Translations under genes and position numbers: made by a program
Shown here: positions 34,001-44,862 of the stretch, in pieces
Layout: every line of letters starts with the position of its first letter
Numbering within the stretch: the stretch's first letter is position 1
Notes under the pieces: model-generated
Told to the model about the DNA's origin: nothing
The model's input: the letters and a program-made list of their open reading frames with translations, nothing else
Database searches by the model: none
Assembly: GCA_020184695.1 (NCBI GenBank)
Contig: JAANOX010000191.1
Coordinates: forward strand, 1-64,000
Source of the DNA: Histomonas meleagridis 2922-C6/04-290x
Lineage: Eukaryota > Protista > Parabasalia
DNA: 64,000 bases
Reading direction: 5' to 3'

Positions 34001-35045
34001 TTTATATAATTTTAAGTCATTTACAATTGAAATTACAATGAAATTATTAACAATGAATGAATTTATCTCCGAAATATTCTTTAAGAAACAATGTTCATCA
34101 ATAATCATCGAATATATCTCAAAACAATTCGAAAATAGATTCGATATTGAAGATTATACTGATTTAATACAAATTATTACAATCTTAAAAATATTCGTTT
34201 CTCAATATATAATTATAAATCAAGGTAAAACATCATTTTTCTTATTTAATAAAATGAATTCTTTCATCGAATATTGGAAAAATCAAATTAACTTCTTCAA
34301 GATTTTAATCGATTGGTTACAAGCGCCTTTTATACAAATACAATTCGTTAACGTAATTTTCGATTTGTTTCAATCATTATTAACTTCGGATCAACAATTT
34401 AATGACGTTTCATTAAATATTATTTCATATATACCAAAAAATTTCGTATTAAAAATTGAACAAATTTCATTATATAAATATATTAAATTAATTACTTCTT
34501 TAAGTAGTTTATATTATAAATATAATTTCAAAAATTGGTTTTCTTTCATATTTCAAGAATTTTCATTGGTCGTACAAAATAAAATTTGTAGATCCGACGT
34601 TTTTAATGTTTTCGTGAATTTCTTTTACGAAATAATTCAAAACGTTAATAAAATTTCAATTTTTAATCGAATAACAGAACTTTTCACAGAAGTTTTAGAA
34701 GATGCAAATGAAATCGAAATGTTCGAACAAGAAATTGCTTCGAAAATAATGCAAATTGCTTTAGAAAGTGAGAAAAGTGAATGTATATTCTTATGGATGA
34801 AATATTGTTGTAATATTATAAATGAAAAAGTTAAAGAAAACGAAATAAATGTAAAAGAACTAAAAAATTGTTTTCATGTTGCAAAAGAATTTATACAATT
34901 AGGTAAGTCATTGATTGGGAAAAAGCCTGAATTCGATTGTATAAATCAGCAAAACTTGAAGAAATTGATCATAAAATTCAAAAACGGTAATGAAATGTCG
35001 AAGAAATCGGCATTGGATATGGAATATTTTCTGGTTAATAAGTAA
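28020..35045 (+). CDS. Large ubiquitin-specific protease (USP9X/24/34-like architecture)
   Basis: Cys box GLNNLGATCYLNSTIQQL, EQQDAFEF, His box GIIMHSGYALSGHYYSY and WYCLNDS in a 2341-aa ORF. Confidence 0.92.
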   Translation: MSENDLNNLYQQSLESIKSLKYNEAEMSLSQSFTMCIQKQDPLYPNIVSKYLLVLFLKQRNTEAFEPLFVEIKKLPNSKEFWNNCCIQIAHDIIDFYVPYLKYLTIGFFVFINPFRYFPHVIQSHQPFSIKTISIISNITKQCQSKLDNQVLHLISTSIKNRIQLFFQNPNENELRNIDESKLTNVLKDIYEYGPFGISSEIDNLYLLISYVFCSSNILSKQFYGLSTLNKRFTLRKSIIEELHQRNIVNHLIDNLHESLLEEFIKLLLKIWYQGYYETETLRKLWIISINQHAASIEKYFSYWPRIFAAVPQTKVYEFWGIVIEANKFPSAALQFLSMIQYRTPDNIKDEIIDTFWKSMENSTDKLSYVLPISNYLKINSEKWKIIKDKCLNNIQNNTNCGFSISLLYYIWRDNENTRKEFNIILNNCNPEISYLKNFFDLLLKMANYINNNLYFDELQSIQRIIKPFFSIVPDLVCNFIHSISNYMTSDTLLNMLNLISNIETIDSNVFSLIQTIFFKLNNIKSNSTITTLELNGIDSLYNILFSNKNVNELYSFMANLAYRCKNEQSIKSFIIKCMNHINNYGVIYTLYLFVCYVENPINLEEYNIKKNKFIKPENYIYIFLTGAIKKRIKILRVTKVNLFNQIISHLLNLSSDSFTILYEKQIIQQNHVFQNNQTFEIIQKNNQLPINEWNNKEMFPSQLLKPYFNEIFNLLDTNVLISINAYALLNCLETDEKEKEKILDPNPNWDNLLDINKVYHMLYYLNIIGNILVDNDKKFLINFYQNGGFLKMFLILFEASKLLLKDYNTDLILNLIIILLNNSKNYKEFDEQKQKILINLSTENNISNYIQWIITFLKNDKINIILNLYTILYELILINKSIINYKGFDELITLSLFNNDSLIRKKFSEILLLLNPKQYESYLINNLKNSVYKTCDEYFDLLVNVVLTTDKTEELWNLMTEFFYENLFIINPNIENDYYENHKIEEDKINQEKDNKDEKIISKINNICSTIASSCFIIRIFEIFGLIINKLETIPNINKFIIFIIDNIICNTQVYIPKPLNLFSILSDIIIKDKTILDIIIQKFSFYLNDFITIEYDPDIKLIEPKKLKGLNNLGATCYLNSTIQQLVNIPIIQKSVFKYIPNDIDNDWIGQLQLLFLKLLYSPYSSINPKSFVKLLKGWDDTPINPHEQQDAFEFIQMILDRLNEKLEDKPFDNEIFGITKHKIIEINGDYTSESFTPFIALELQVKNHKSLQESYKTYLIPDNLTGNNQYVIENGPKIDANRYNTIEKAPKNLIILLKRFEFDITTLTSKKVNSWYSFQNVINISSLLSDPNQRINDYEINGIIMHSGYALSGHYYSYIKRNNQWYCLNDSNAYLINNQNFIENCFGGFEIKTFNNGSEYYTKQCEKNDNAYILFYKMRNQNDENNNNIEPITLLPKITLNYFLNEIKNLLLTYLFYSNEFIEFIRKISKQKSQKFYEFLFNYFFKFISYDNNENLLNVIYDKCENENEFSNYILSNNSEFFLNMLKMNNVQMIREKTVNLINKSLIKATKEISEKFINEIIKEIPNSLNYYTNLDQLFKPILFYLQNINYNRLDILDIIFNFLKNSKENQKQIFLITNLSTIFEIILFLIKKHNKINEYQKQFMQFQFHSMFFLSEINSFDLVLLLLTFQMNKIEFIQSYQNFLLKFKELSPNILASHFSANCIFEDNYETERIQWFFSYLRAKLWNKSKISLFFNRSSEILRTKHNYSSNVTILNNDFWGNYLLSTDYDLRNSISNFIYSLFSLNKRNYIKEINNMNILFNNLILLIPNMIKICKSINGNNENIITYPSINYFQVLSWLLSKSKSQNQIITKKSTFVTAFVELSSIQISKVPLYNILNFLFFNLKDNLINNFYDNNTLKTFLNCLSNNINNSDIYYIENVINLFFRSINIICEQNSNLIINSEIFKKCFYLSQNNYTLILFLLSLINKMITKETSNEISNLLFESFRYILYNFKSFTIEITMKLLTMNEFISEIFFKKQCSSIIIEYISKQFENRFDIEDYTDLIQIITILKIFVSQYIIINQGKTSFFLFNKMNSFIEYWKNQINFFKILIDWLQAPFIQIQFVNVIFDLFQSLLTSDQQFNDVSLNIISYIPKNFVLKIEQISLYKYIKLITSLSSLYYKYNFKNWFSFIFQEFSLVVQNKICRSDVFNVFVNFFYEIIQNVNKISIFNRITELFTEVLEDANEIEMFEQEIASKIMQIALESEKSECIFLWMKYCCNIINEKVKENEINVKELKNCFHVAKEFIQLGKSLIGKKPEFDCINQQNLKKLIIKFKNGNEMSKKSALDMEYFLVNK

Positions 35046-35158
35046 ATGTTTGTTGTGAAAAATAACTGTAAACTTATTGAATGGAAATAACTGTTTCGCT
35101 GAACTTTTCAAAGTAAGAACGTAGTTCCATTCAAATATCGATGTAAACTATTAAATTT

Positions 35159-36867
35159 ATGTGATCATTTATTCCCAATTGTTTTTATTAGTACAAGTAC
35201 TTATAGTTATAAACTCTGGGCCTCAAACACATGCTGGGCATTTCGTTCGTAAGCAAAAGGTTTTTACATCAAATTATTCCAAATTTCAAAAAAATGAAAT
35301 TAATCCTTATGCAAATGGTAACATAAATCCAAACTACGCAGTACAAGCATCAAACCATCAACTTTCTACCTTAAATTCCACAAGTAAGCAATTTGGTGAA
35401 AATAAAAATGAGGCATTAAATCCTCATTTAACAATAAGTAAGGCAAAAATTACTTCACTGGATCAAGACATTGTAATTGATTTCGAAAATCTTGAAGGTT
35501 TACAAGATGGTGACCAATTCGGCATAAGTGTTACCCATTCACCCAATAGTGATATGGAAAATATGTATAAAAATGTACAAGCAACTTATAATGGCAATAA
35601 TCAATTATACACTGATATTTATTTCGAAGACAGTACTGAAACTATTTCTTTGTCCGCATATTATCCATATTTCTCAAATGCTGATCCACAAGGTAATGTA
35701 AATATATATACAAATATGGTTCAAACATCTGATATAAAGAAACAGCTTAATATCTATTCAGCAATAGGTTTAACATGTGCATACAATTCTCCACATGTAA
35801 ACCCCACATTTGAATCTAAAATGGCAAGTCTTTCGATAACTGTGATATTTAGAAACTTCGATTCCAGTGAAATTGCATCGGATTGGAAATTTTACATTAG
35901 TGGTTTAAGGCACAAAGGAACATTTAATATTTACACAGGTGAAATAAGTGTTGATTATGACTCAGAATGTATCAACGATTTTGACTTTACTGATTCTGAT
36001 TATACACTAGATGATGAACAAGGCACAAGGACATATGAAATGTATTTTATTCCACAGAAAATTGATAATTTTATATTTAAGGCAGTACTGAATGATGATA
36101 CATATATTATAGAGACCTTCGATGATGAATTTTTATCTGGATATGAACACACAAATTGGATGTTTGTGGATAAAAATGATGCAATTACAAGATCGAATAC
36201 ATTTTCTAATTCAAATACATTTTCTAATTCAAATACATTTTCTAATTCAAATACATTTTCGATTTCAAATACTTTTGTCAAATCTAATGCATTTGCATTA
36301 TCGAATGCATTTACTAAATCAGATATCCAAAAAAATATTAATACTCAAGCATTAATCGAAAATATTTCATATCATAAATCTTTTACTTATTCACTTACTT
36401 TGACGCAAACCATTATTATAACAGAAACAATAATCATTGTTAATACATTTTTATCACACTCATTCTTTTTAACATTTAATAACTTAAATAGTTATTTAAC
36501 ATATTCTGAATTCATATTTTATGATTATACAGTTCTCCAATATACAGTTCCATATAGTTTTTATTCATATTTTCATTTTATTTTGACTGAAAATAATGAA
36601 ACCAATGAAAATGATACACAAACGATGATTATTATAATTGTTTGTGTCGTAATTGTAATTGTAATGATTATTTGTATAATTGTTATTTTGGTAATTCGTC
36701 AGCAAAAATCCAAAAAAGATTCGTCAAATTTCGAAGAAGTATCATCAAATAGTGAAAAAGATGTCACGAATAACAATGTGGTAGGTATTAAACTGAATCA
36801 TATTGAAGAAGATCCCTTTGCAAAAGATTTTAAGGACAATGAATTTGATAATCACATTTTCATATAA
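35159..36867 (+). CDS. Type I surface protein with a fimbrillin-like (Mfa1/FimA-like) ectodomain, S/T-rich stalk, TM and EEDPF tail
   Basis: Signal-like IIYSQLFLLVQVLIV, GDQFGISV..IYF..ISLSAYYPY..F..KMASLSI..GTFNIYTGEI..YFIPQ, SNSNTF repeats, TM IIIIVCVVIVIVMIICIIVILVI, tail EEDPFAKDF. ATG 35159 is one base out of frame with the ORF. Confidence 0.7.
36193..36276 (+). repeat. 18-nt coding tandem repeat (SNSNTF)n in the stalk
   Basis: TCTAATTCAAATACATTT x3 plus degenerate flanking copies. Confidence 0.9.
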
Positions 36868-37775
36868 TGTATCTATCAATATGTAAAAAAACACTAATTA
36901 TTTTAGTAAACACTCAAAGCGTGTTAATTTGATGTATCATCTTACTTTTTTTAAATCAAAACTGTCGAGTTCTGTGAAAAAACGTAAAGTTTTGAAATAC
37001 GTTCGTTGATGTAGAGCGATATCACTTTCTTTCATTTTTTTTGTTGTTTGAAACGAGGGTTCGAATTTTCTGTCACTTTTCAATAAAAATATTACGTTTT
37101 CAGCTTTGTAAACAGCTTCCGATCGCAAAAACAACAAAACATGCATCAACAAAAGTTTTACCAATGAATCGACGAAAATGCGGCGCGGTTGAAACTCTCT
37201 GTATCGTTTTTGACTGATTTATTAGCAAGTTTCTCAAGTTTTCTCGCAAATGTGTTCTTTCTTTTTGGCTTTACCCATGTGTTTCTTTTGCTCATTACAA
37301 ACCTCTCAAAAAAATTCAGGTTCAAAGATTTTTAGTGATCAATTATCTATTTCTCAAACTTTCAAACATTCCCCTTATTTCACTTTAGAATTTAAAGGGC
37401 ATACATATTTACCATTCTCAGCCCATAACAAGCAGTGTGTATCCATTAAAGTCACAAAATTTATTATGCTAAAAATGAATGAATCAAATACATTTAATAT
37501 CATCACTGAAGAATATCAGCATCATTCCCCTTTATTAAAGTTCCCGATATCATATGTTAAACATTATTTCAAATTCTTTTCTTTGACATTTAATCATTTT
37601 TCATTAAAAGCTCATTTACCGATTTCAATGAATAATAATTTCATAAAGAAAATGTTCAAATTCAATGAAAATGTTCAAGTTTTAATGTATAACTTTTTTA
37701 TTTTGGGATTTTTTTTCTTTTATGAAATCAAATTTTTATTGAATAAATTGAAAGCAAACGAAAAGAAAAAACAGA

Positions 37776-40700
37776 AAAATATTTTAATTTTTGTTATGTT
37801 TTTCATGAAGTCTTATCAAATATATGATGAAGATAATTTAACACTTACAATCATAAATTCAAATGAATTTTATGAAATTTCTCAATATCAAAACATAACG
37901 AAATTTATAATTATCAGTGAAAATATATATTCAATTCCAAGTGGTTCATTTTCAGAATGGCATTCAGTTGTTTCAGTTGATTTTGGTAATTCAGTCACAA
38001 ATATTGGAAGTTCAGTGTTTTCTTCATGTTTTAATTTAGAAACGATTATAATTGGAGGAAATGTTACAACAATTGGTGGTTCATCATTTTCAATGTGTTC
38101 ATCAATCAAAAACATTACAATTCCAAATTCAGTTTCAGTAATTGGAAATTCAGCATTTTCATCATGTTCTAATTTAACAATATTAACACTTGGCTATGGA
38201 ATCAGAGAAATTGGAGGTTCAGCATTTGGGAATTGTTATCAACTTCAATGCATTTATTATTATGGATATTCAGAACCAGAAATTATTGAAGGTGCATTTT
38301 ATAATGTTTTTACAAGTGTTATCACATATCCAACATATGTAGGAAGTAAATTTGGAAATTTAGATGTTGCCCAAGACAACACAGAAGGAACATGCGAACC
38401 ACTTCCAACGCATTCATTTAGTCAATCGAATACATTTTCTAATTCAAATACATTTACAGCATCACTTCAAAGTGATATTTCATTATCATTATCATTTTCA
38501 TATACATTAACAGTTACATTATCAATTACACATTCATTAACTATTTATGAAACAAAAACGAAAACATTTTCATTATATATAAATCATTCGACATTTTCAT
38601 ATATTGAAACAGAATTTATTTATTACAATTATACGATTGTTATATATTCTACGTATTATAATTATTATTCCAATTTCTTTACAATGTTTTACACTTCCAA
38701 TGAAAATTCACCAAATGGAATTACGACAAATGCTTTGATTGGAATTATTTGCGGATCATTTGCATTTGTTTTGATTATTGTTGGAATTGTTATATTTTTA
38801 GTGAAAAGTAATAATAAGAAAGAAAAATCGAAATCAAAGTTACAATTTAAAGATACTACAACATCAAGTACAAAGCAAATCGAAGAAGTAAATAGTTTAG
38901 TTGAAGATATTGTGAAAGAAGATGAAGACAATTGGCTATGAATAAAATGTGTAATAAAAAAACATTTATTAATTTAATTTTTATAAACGAATATAAAATT
39001 ATTCAACAAAATGAAATCATATTAACGATAATATCATTTTTACTTTAAAATGGTTTAAATTAGTTTATTTAAATATGAAATTTTGAATTTTATGATGTTT
39101 AATTAGTAACATTAATTTTTGAGTTCTGATTGTGAGTGCATTGAATTTTAACTTTTGAATGAGACTGGATAAACTTTACATGAATTCATTATTCTCAATC
39201 GAAAAATATTTTATAATAAAAATAGAATGTAATTGATTTTGTACATAAAGAACTCCTTATATTTTGTTTATTTTATATAAAATCATAAATATTCAAACAA
39301 TGAATAGCTGAATTGCCAATGTTTTAAAAAAGTGTTAATTTTATGATGATGGAAACATCTTAGATAAATGAACGGCACACCAAATTAAAGCATAAATTCC
39401 GTTCTATAACATATATTCATTGTGTTATTTAAAAGTGAATTTATAATGTTTTAAGGCTGTTTCTTTGATTGTCGTCTTAAAAAATCGATAGAAATATTTC
39501 AAAATTGGTTTGAAAAACGACAATTAAACAACAGGTTTTTAAAAGTTTAACCGTGAGATTTTAAACTTTTGAGATAGCCGATGTATAATTGGTGAAGGTC
39601 TATAGATATATTACAAGCTGAAACATGAGAACCTTCCTTTTATTTAGCATTTCGATCATGGTGAAACGATTTATAACCGATAGAAAGCTTATTACACCTT
39701 ATATCATTCAAAAAGAAATATTACAAATACAAAACCATGAAAACAAGAAAAGCATGACTTACAAATGTGATGGGGATGCATCAATTCATGAAATTATGAA
39801 CAAAAAATATAAAAGATTTAACAATAATTATAAAGTTTTGATAAACAAATTATTTTTAAATTTGATACCATATAATGAATCTACAATAGTTGTACATCAG
39901 AATTTTAATAACAAACCAAAAATTCCAAGAACATATTTTTCAAACATTTTGGAAAAATACTTTGAAATTGATATATTTGTCAAAAATGGCATATCTGAGG
40001 AAACCTCGAACAGATCTTATGAAGATATATCTTCCATAAAGGGTGAATTTTCACATTTTTTTATGATGCGAAACGACAACGAAGAAGGACCAAACATTTT
40101 GAATGCTTTACTTCATTTAACCATCATTTTTTCAATTACATTTCCGGTTATTCATATCAAATTTTATCAGAAAAACACAACTTCAGTTCAGAAAATATTA
40201 ACGACCAAATATACATTGAAAGTAAAAGATAAGAAAAAAAGTGAAAATATTTTAATTTTTGTTATGTTTTTCATGAAGTCTTATCAAATATATAATGAAG
40301 ATAATTTAACACTTATAATCATAAATTCAAATGAATTTTATGAAATTTCTCAATATCAAAACATAACAAAATTTATAATTATCAGTGAAAATATATATTC
40401 AATTCCAAGTGGTTCATTTTCAGAATGGCATTCAGTTGTTTCAGTTGATTTTGGTAACTCAGTATCAAATATTGGAGGTTCAGTGTTTTCTTCATGTTTT
40501 AATTTAGAAACGATTATAATTGGAGGAAATGTTACAACAATTGGCGGTAGTGCATTTTCATTGTGTTCATCAATCAAAAACATTACAATTCCAAATTCAG
40601 TTTCAGTAATTGGAAATTCAGCATTTTCATCATGTTCTAATTTAACAATATTAACACTTGGCTATGGAATCAGAGAAATTGGAGGTTCAGCATTTGGGAA

Positions 40701-41225
40701 TTGTTATCAACTTCAATGCATTTATTATTATGGATATTCAGAACCAGAAATTATTGAAGGTGCATTTTATAATGTTTTTACAAGTGTTATCACATATCCA
40801 ACATATGTAGGAAGTAAATTTGGAAATTTAGATGTTGCCCAGAACAACACAGAAGGAACATGCGAACCACTTCCAACGCATTCATTTAGTCAATCAAATA
40901 CATATACAAGATCAAATTCATATGCACATTCAGATTCAATTTCAATCTCAGCATTATATTCATTTAGTCAATCGAATACATTTACAGCATCACTTCAAAG
41001 TGATATTTCATTATCATTATCATTTTCATATACATTAACAGTTACATTATCAATTACACATTCATTAACTATTTATGAAACAAAAAAACGAAAACATTTT
41101 CATTATATATAAATCATTCGACATTTTCATATATTGAAACAGAATTTATTTATTACAATTATACGATTGTTATATATTCTACTTATTATAATTATTATTC
41201 CAATTTCTTTACAATGTTTTACACT
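37776..41225 (+). repeat. Recent ~0.9-1.0 kb duplication (37776-38695 and 40244-41225)
   Basis: Long near-identical stretches; copy 2 carries an extra in-frame stalk segment (SQSNTYTRSNSYAHSDSISISALYSF). Confidence 0.92.
37796..38941 (+). CDS. BspA-like (TpLRR) surface protein, copy 1
   Basis: Repeats VTNIGSSVFSSCFNLETIIIG, VTTIGGSSFSMCSSIKNITIPNSV; S/T stalk; TM LIGIICGSFAFVLIIVGIVIFLV. Start taken at MFFMKSY. Confidence 0.85.
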   Translation: MFFMKSYQIYDEDNLTLTIINSNEFYEISQYQNITKFIIISENIYSIPSGSFSEWHSVVSVDFGNSVTNIGSSVFSSCFNLETIIIGGNVTTIGGSSFSMCSSIKNITIPNSVSVIGNSAFSSCSNLTILTLGYGIREIGGSAFGNCYQLQCIYYYGYSEPEIIEGAFYNVFTSVITYPTYVGSKFGNLDVAQDNTEGTCEPLPTHSFSQSNTFSNSNTFTASLQSDISLSLSFSYTLTVTLSITHSLTIYETKTKTFSLYINHSTFSYIETEFIYYNYTIVIYSTYYNYYSNFFTMFYTSNENSPNGITTNALIGIICGSFAFVLIIVGIVIFLVKSNNKKEKSKSKLQFKDTTTSSTKQIEEVNSLVEDIVKEDEDNWL

Positions 41226-41495
41226 GATAATAATAATCAAAATAACGATAATAAAACAACGATTATCATCATTTCTGTTTGTGTAATTGTTATAGTAATA
41301 GTCATTATCACATTATTAATTATATTATTGACACATATTCGAAATAAAAAAGAAGAAATTTATGAAAATGATAAATCAGAAGAAAATGAAAACGAAACGA
41401 CGAATACATTTACTACAGGAATAAGTAACATAAATATTGAAGAAGATCCATTTGCCGAAGATTTTCAAGAAGAAAAATTCATTGAACAAATATAA
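39625..41495 (+). CDS. BspA-like surface protein, copy 2 (frameshift in an A-run at ~41090)
   Basis: Near-identical LRR and stalk to copy 1; CAAAAAAACG versus CAAAAACG breaks the frame; continues into ORF 41214-41495 (TM plus EEDPFAEDF). Confidence 0.75.
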
Positions 41496-42215
41496 TTTTC
41501 AATATTATATATTTGTAAATTTTGTAATGATAATTATAAATATGATATGAATCTTTTGAAATCAAATATTTCGATGATACATAACATGAATGCATTACAT
41601 TGTGTTAATATTAACTTTAAAATCTTTATAATGATATTAAATGGATATGATCAAATGTCTTTAATACATTCAATACGATGAATAATGAGGAATAAATATC
41701 AAAGAACACATGGCTTATTTACATCACAGACGATAACTTTCACACTTACACTTAATTAACATGGAACTAATTATTAATCAATAAAAAAAATAAGAGCCAA
41801 TGGTAAAATAACATATTCAAATATAAAAAGTAAAGCGAAAGTAATAAATCAATTCAGAAATGAAGAAGAAAATTAATGTGAAAAACTAATACTACAAAAT
41901 AAAAATGAAAATAAATTTAAAAATGTTTATTTATTGTAAAACTATTTTTGAAATGAGTGTTAAGAAGCATAAAACCATAACATTTTAATTTTAACTTTTT
42001 TACAAAGACGTTAAATCACTTCACATGTTTTATTTATAGACATGTGACATGAAACATTTTCAAAAAAAATCAAATTAAAAATTTGTTAAAACAATATGAT
42101 GAAAATATTTTCCTGAACCCGGGTTCAAAATTGGGAGTTTACATGTTGTAAATCATAGAAAAATTGCTTGGTATGCAAAAAGTTTCAATCATGTTTTGAG
42201 AAAAACTTTTTTGGG

Positions 42216-44732
42216 ATGTTTTTGGTTTCTTTTCTCCTCTTCAGCAAATGTGATGAAATTATTGCAATACTTTCAAACTCTCACACTAGAATTGATATCA
42301 ATATTTCAGGAAGACAGCGAGTATTAGAATTAATCAACAATTTGTTTATGGTTATGGTGCAATGGCATATCTCCAAAATGTTCCAACAAATTCTGCAAAG
42401 GTAGGTTCTGTTACATCAGATATTGTTCAAATAAATGCATCAAATTCGGATTATATCATATTTAGAGTTTCTGCAAAAAACACCCATTTTTGTTATGAAA
42501 TTATCAAAACATCTGTAACTTCTGATACACGTTTTTTGTTTCCATATTTCTACACATCATATCTGAATGGTAGTTCATCAGGTTTTCAGATAAATGATGA
42601 CTATGGTATTGGTATTCATACATTAAATGTTAGTCTTCCCACAGTTACTTTAGCTGTGTCTTATATTAACTGGGTATTCTTGAATGGTCACTTCAGAGAT
42701 GATACAAAATGTTTTTTAACTGTTGGGAAATGTCTGTTTTCAGAAGTTTACTTCAAAAAATGGTAGTTTCTGAAGGTTTTCCCACATCACCACATGGAGA
42801 ACCCTTTGCACTTGACTCCCCACGTGCTTCTGAATCATATGTTTTTGCTTCTGTTACTGAATTAAATGTTGATCAATGGATTAACATGACTTTAAAATAT
42901 GGTATTGGAATGTTGAATTTTTCGGCTGCATATCAATCTCATAGACATTATGAACCAAATTAAGGATCATTTCCAAATGGTTGTTCTGGACTTAAAACAG
43001 TGATAGATAAAATTCATGCTGCAGGTCTACTCGTAGGTTTGCATGTACTTTCTGGTGCTGTTGATCAAAACGATGCTTATCTTACGCCTATACCAGATCC
43101 ACGACTAGCAAAAGATTATGTTTATAAACTTGCGCAATCAATATCTGAAACAGATACAACAATATATACAACAACAGCACCAGAAAAAACATTTAATATT
43201 ATTTGGTCAAATGGTGGCCAAGGAAATGTAATACGAATTGGTAATGAATTAATACAATATGGAGGATTATTAACACAAAACCACCTTATGGATTTACTAA
43301 TTGTGTTCGTGGTGCATTTCGTACTAATGTATCATCCCATTCTACATCAGAACAGTTGGATCATTTACATGTTCGTTATAATACTTTTCAACCTGAATTA
43401 GGTTCTACACTTGTAACTGAAAACACACAAAACATTGGGAAATTATATAACTTAGGATTTGATTATATTTATCATGATGGTGTTGAAGGAATGCCAAATT
43501 CATCATTAGGCATTTGCGAAATGCGTAAAGCAATGTTTTATGCTATGGATTCTCCTGGTAGCACAGAATCTAGTGCATGGAATTCTCTAACATGGAGTTT
43601 TCATAGTAGATATGGGGCACTTGATAGAGCTTCATGGGGTATTAAAAAATTTTTGTTGATCAACATATTAAATCTAATATCAGAGGTAAAGCTAATTTAT
43701 TACCAGCACAAATGGGTTGGTGGGGAATAAATGATCAAATGAATGGATGTTATGCACAATTAATTGATGAATTTGAATATTTATGTTGTAAAAATAATGC
43801 AAATGATTTTGCTATATCTTTTCAAGGAATATCTCCTAAAACTAATGGTAAACAAGATGACATAATGGAAACATTTAAAAAATGGGAAACTTTAAGGAGA
43901 AATAAAATTCAAACAAATAAAGAAAATGAAATTCTCAAAAAACCTAAAGAAGAATTTCATATTGATGGAAGTATTGATGATGGAATTTGGAATATTTATG
44001 GTAGATATATTTCTACATGGAATTGCTTGTTGGATTTATGGTGATGGAAAAGGAGAGTATTCAATCTTCAACCAATTTCTCCTACAACTTATTCAAGATC
44101 ATGGAATGAATATTATGTAGTTATAGATTTCGTTGGATGGAAATATCTTGAAATTCCTTTGCTTGAAAGAGATGCAGATCGATTTGAAGACTTTGAATGG
44201 CCTTATAAGACAACAAGTATATATTATGAGTGCTGACTTTAAACATATCCAAACAATGAATATATATATATATATGAATAATGTTCCAGCTAATTCAAGT
44301 TGTACTATATATATTACTCCGATTAAAGCATTGCCAATTGTAAATACCAATTTAAAGAATGCAAAAGTTTCAATTAACGGAAAAGAAATCGAATTTTAGA
44401 ATATGAGTTTAAGTAGTGGCGAATATTTCGATTTTATATATACATCAGATTGCAGATACTTTGGAAATCGTAAGAGGCGAAATATACAATATAATGAGCC
44501 AAATAATGAATTGATATTAGAAAAAGGTAATAATAATATAACTTTAGAATATGATGTTGAAATGGATATCGAAGCAAATCCAAGAATTAGACTCACTGTC
44601 TTCGAATATGGTGATACGGTAGTATGGAGAAACCCAGGAATATACGCTTGAATCGCAGTAAGTGCTGTGATTGGTGCGGCGATTCTTGCTTTCTTAATCG
44701 CTGTAATTGTTCATAGGATAAAAAACAAGTGA
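42216..44732 (+). pseudogene. Fragmented bacterial-type glycoside-hydrolase-like (TIM-barrel) gene with a C-terminal TM anchor
   Basis: Successive ORF pieces: LKTVIDKIHAAGLLVGLHVLSG..PIPDPRLAKD, NVIRIGNELIQY, FDYIYHDGVEG, SFHSRYGALD, MGWWGI..DEFEYLCCK, ending IAVSAVIGAAILAFLIAVIVHRIKNK-TGA; many stops and frameshifts. Confidence 0.65.
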
Positions 44733-44862
44733 AAAATTGAAATTCATATTGTTAAATATTTCTTTATTGTATTTAGATTTTTGCTTCTTTTTTCGTGTGA
44801 GCTTTGCTCCTCTATCGTCGTATTGAAAAAGTTATATTGAGCAAATGACCGTTAAGGTATAA

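Noticed and set aside
37250-37795. N-terminal 182-aa extension of BspA copy 1
   Set aside because: Not shared with copy 2, and the opposite strand reads as a stop-riddled coding relic in register, so the open frame is probably a shadow.
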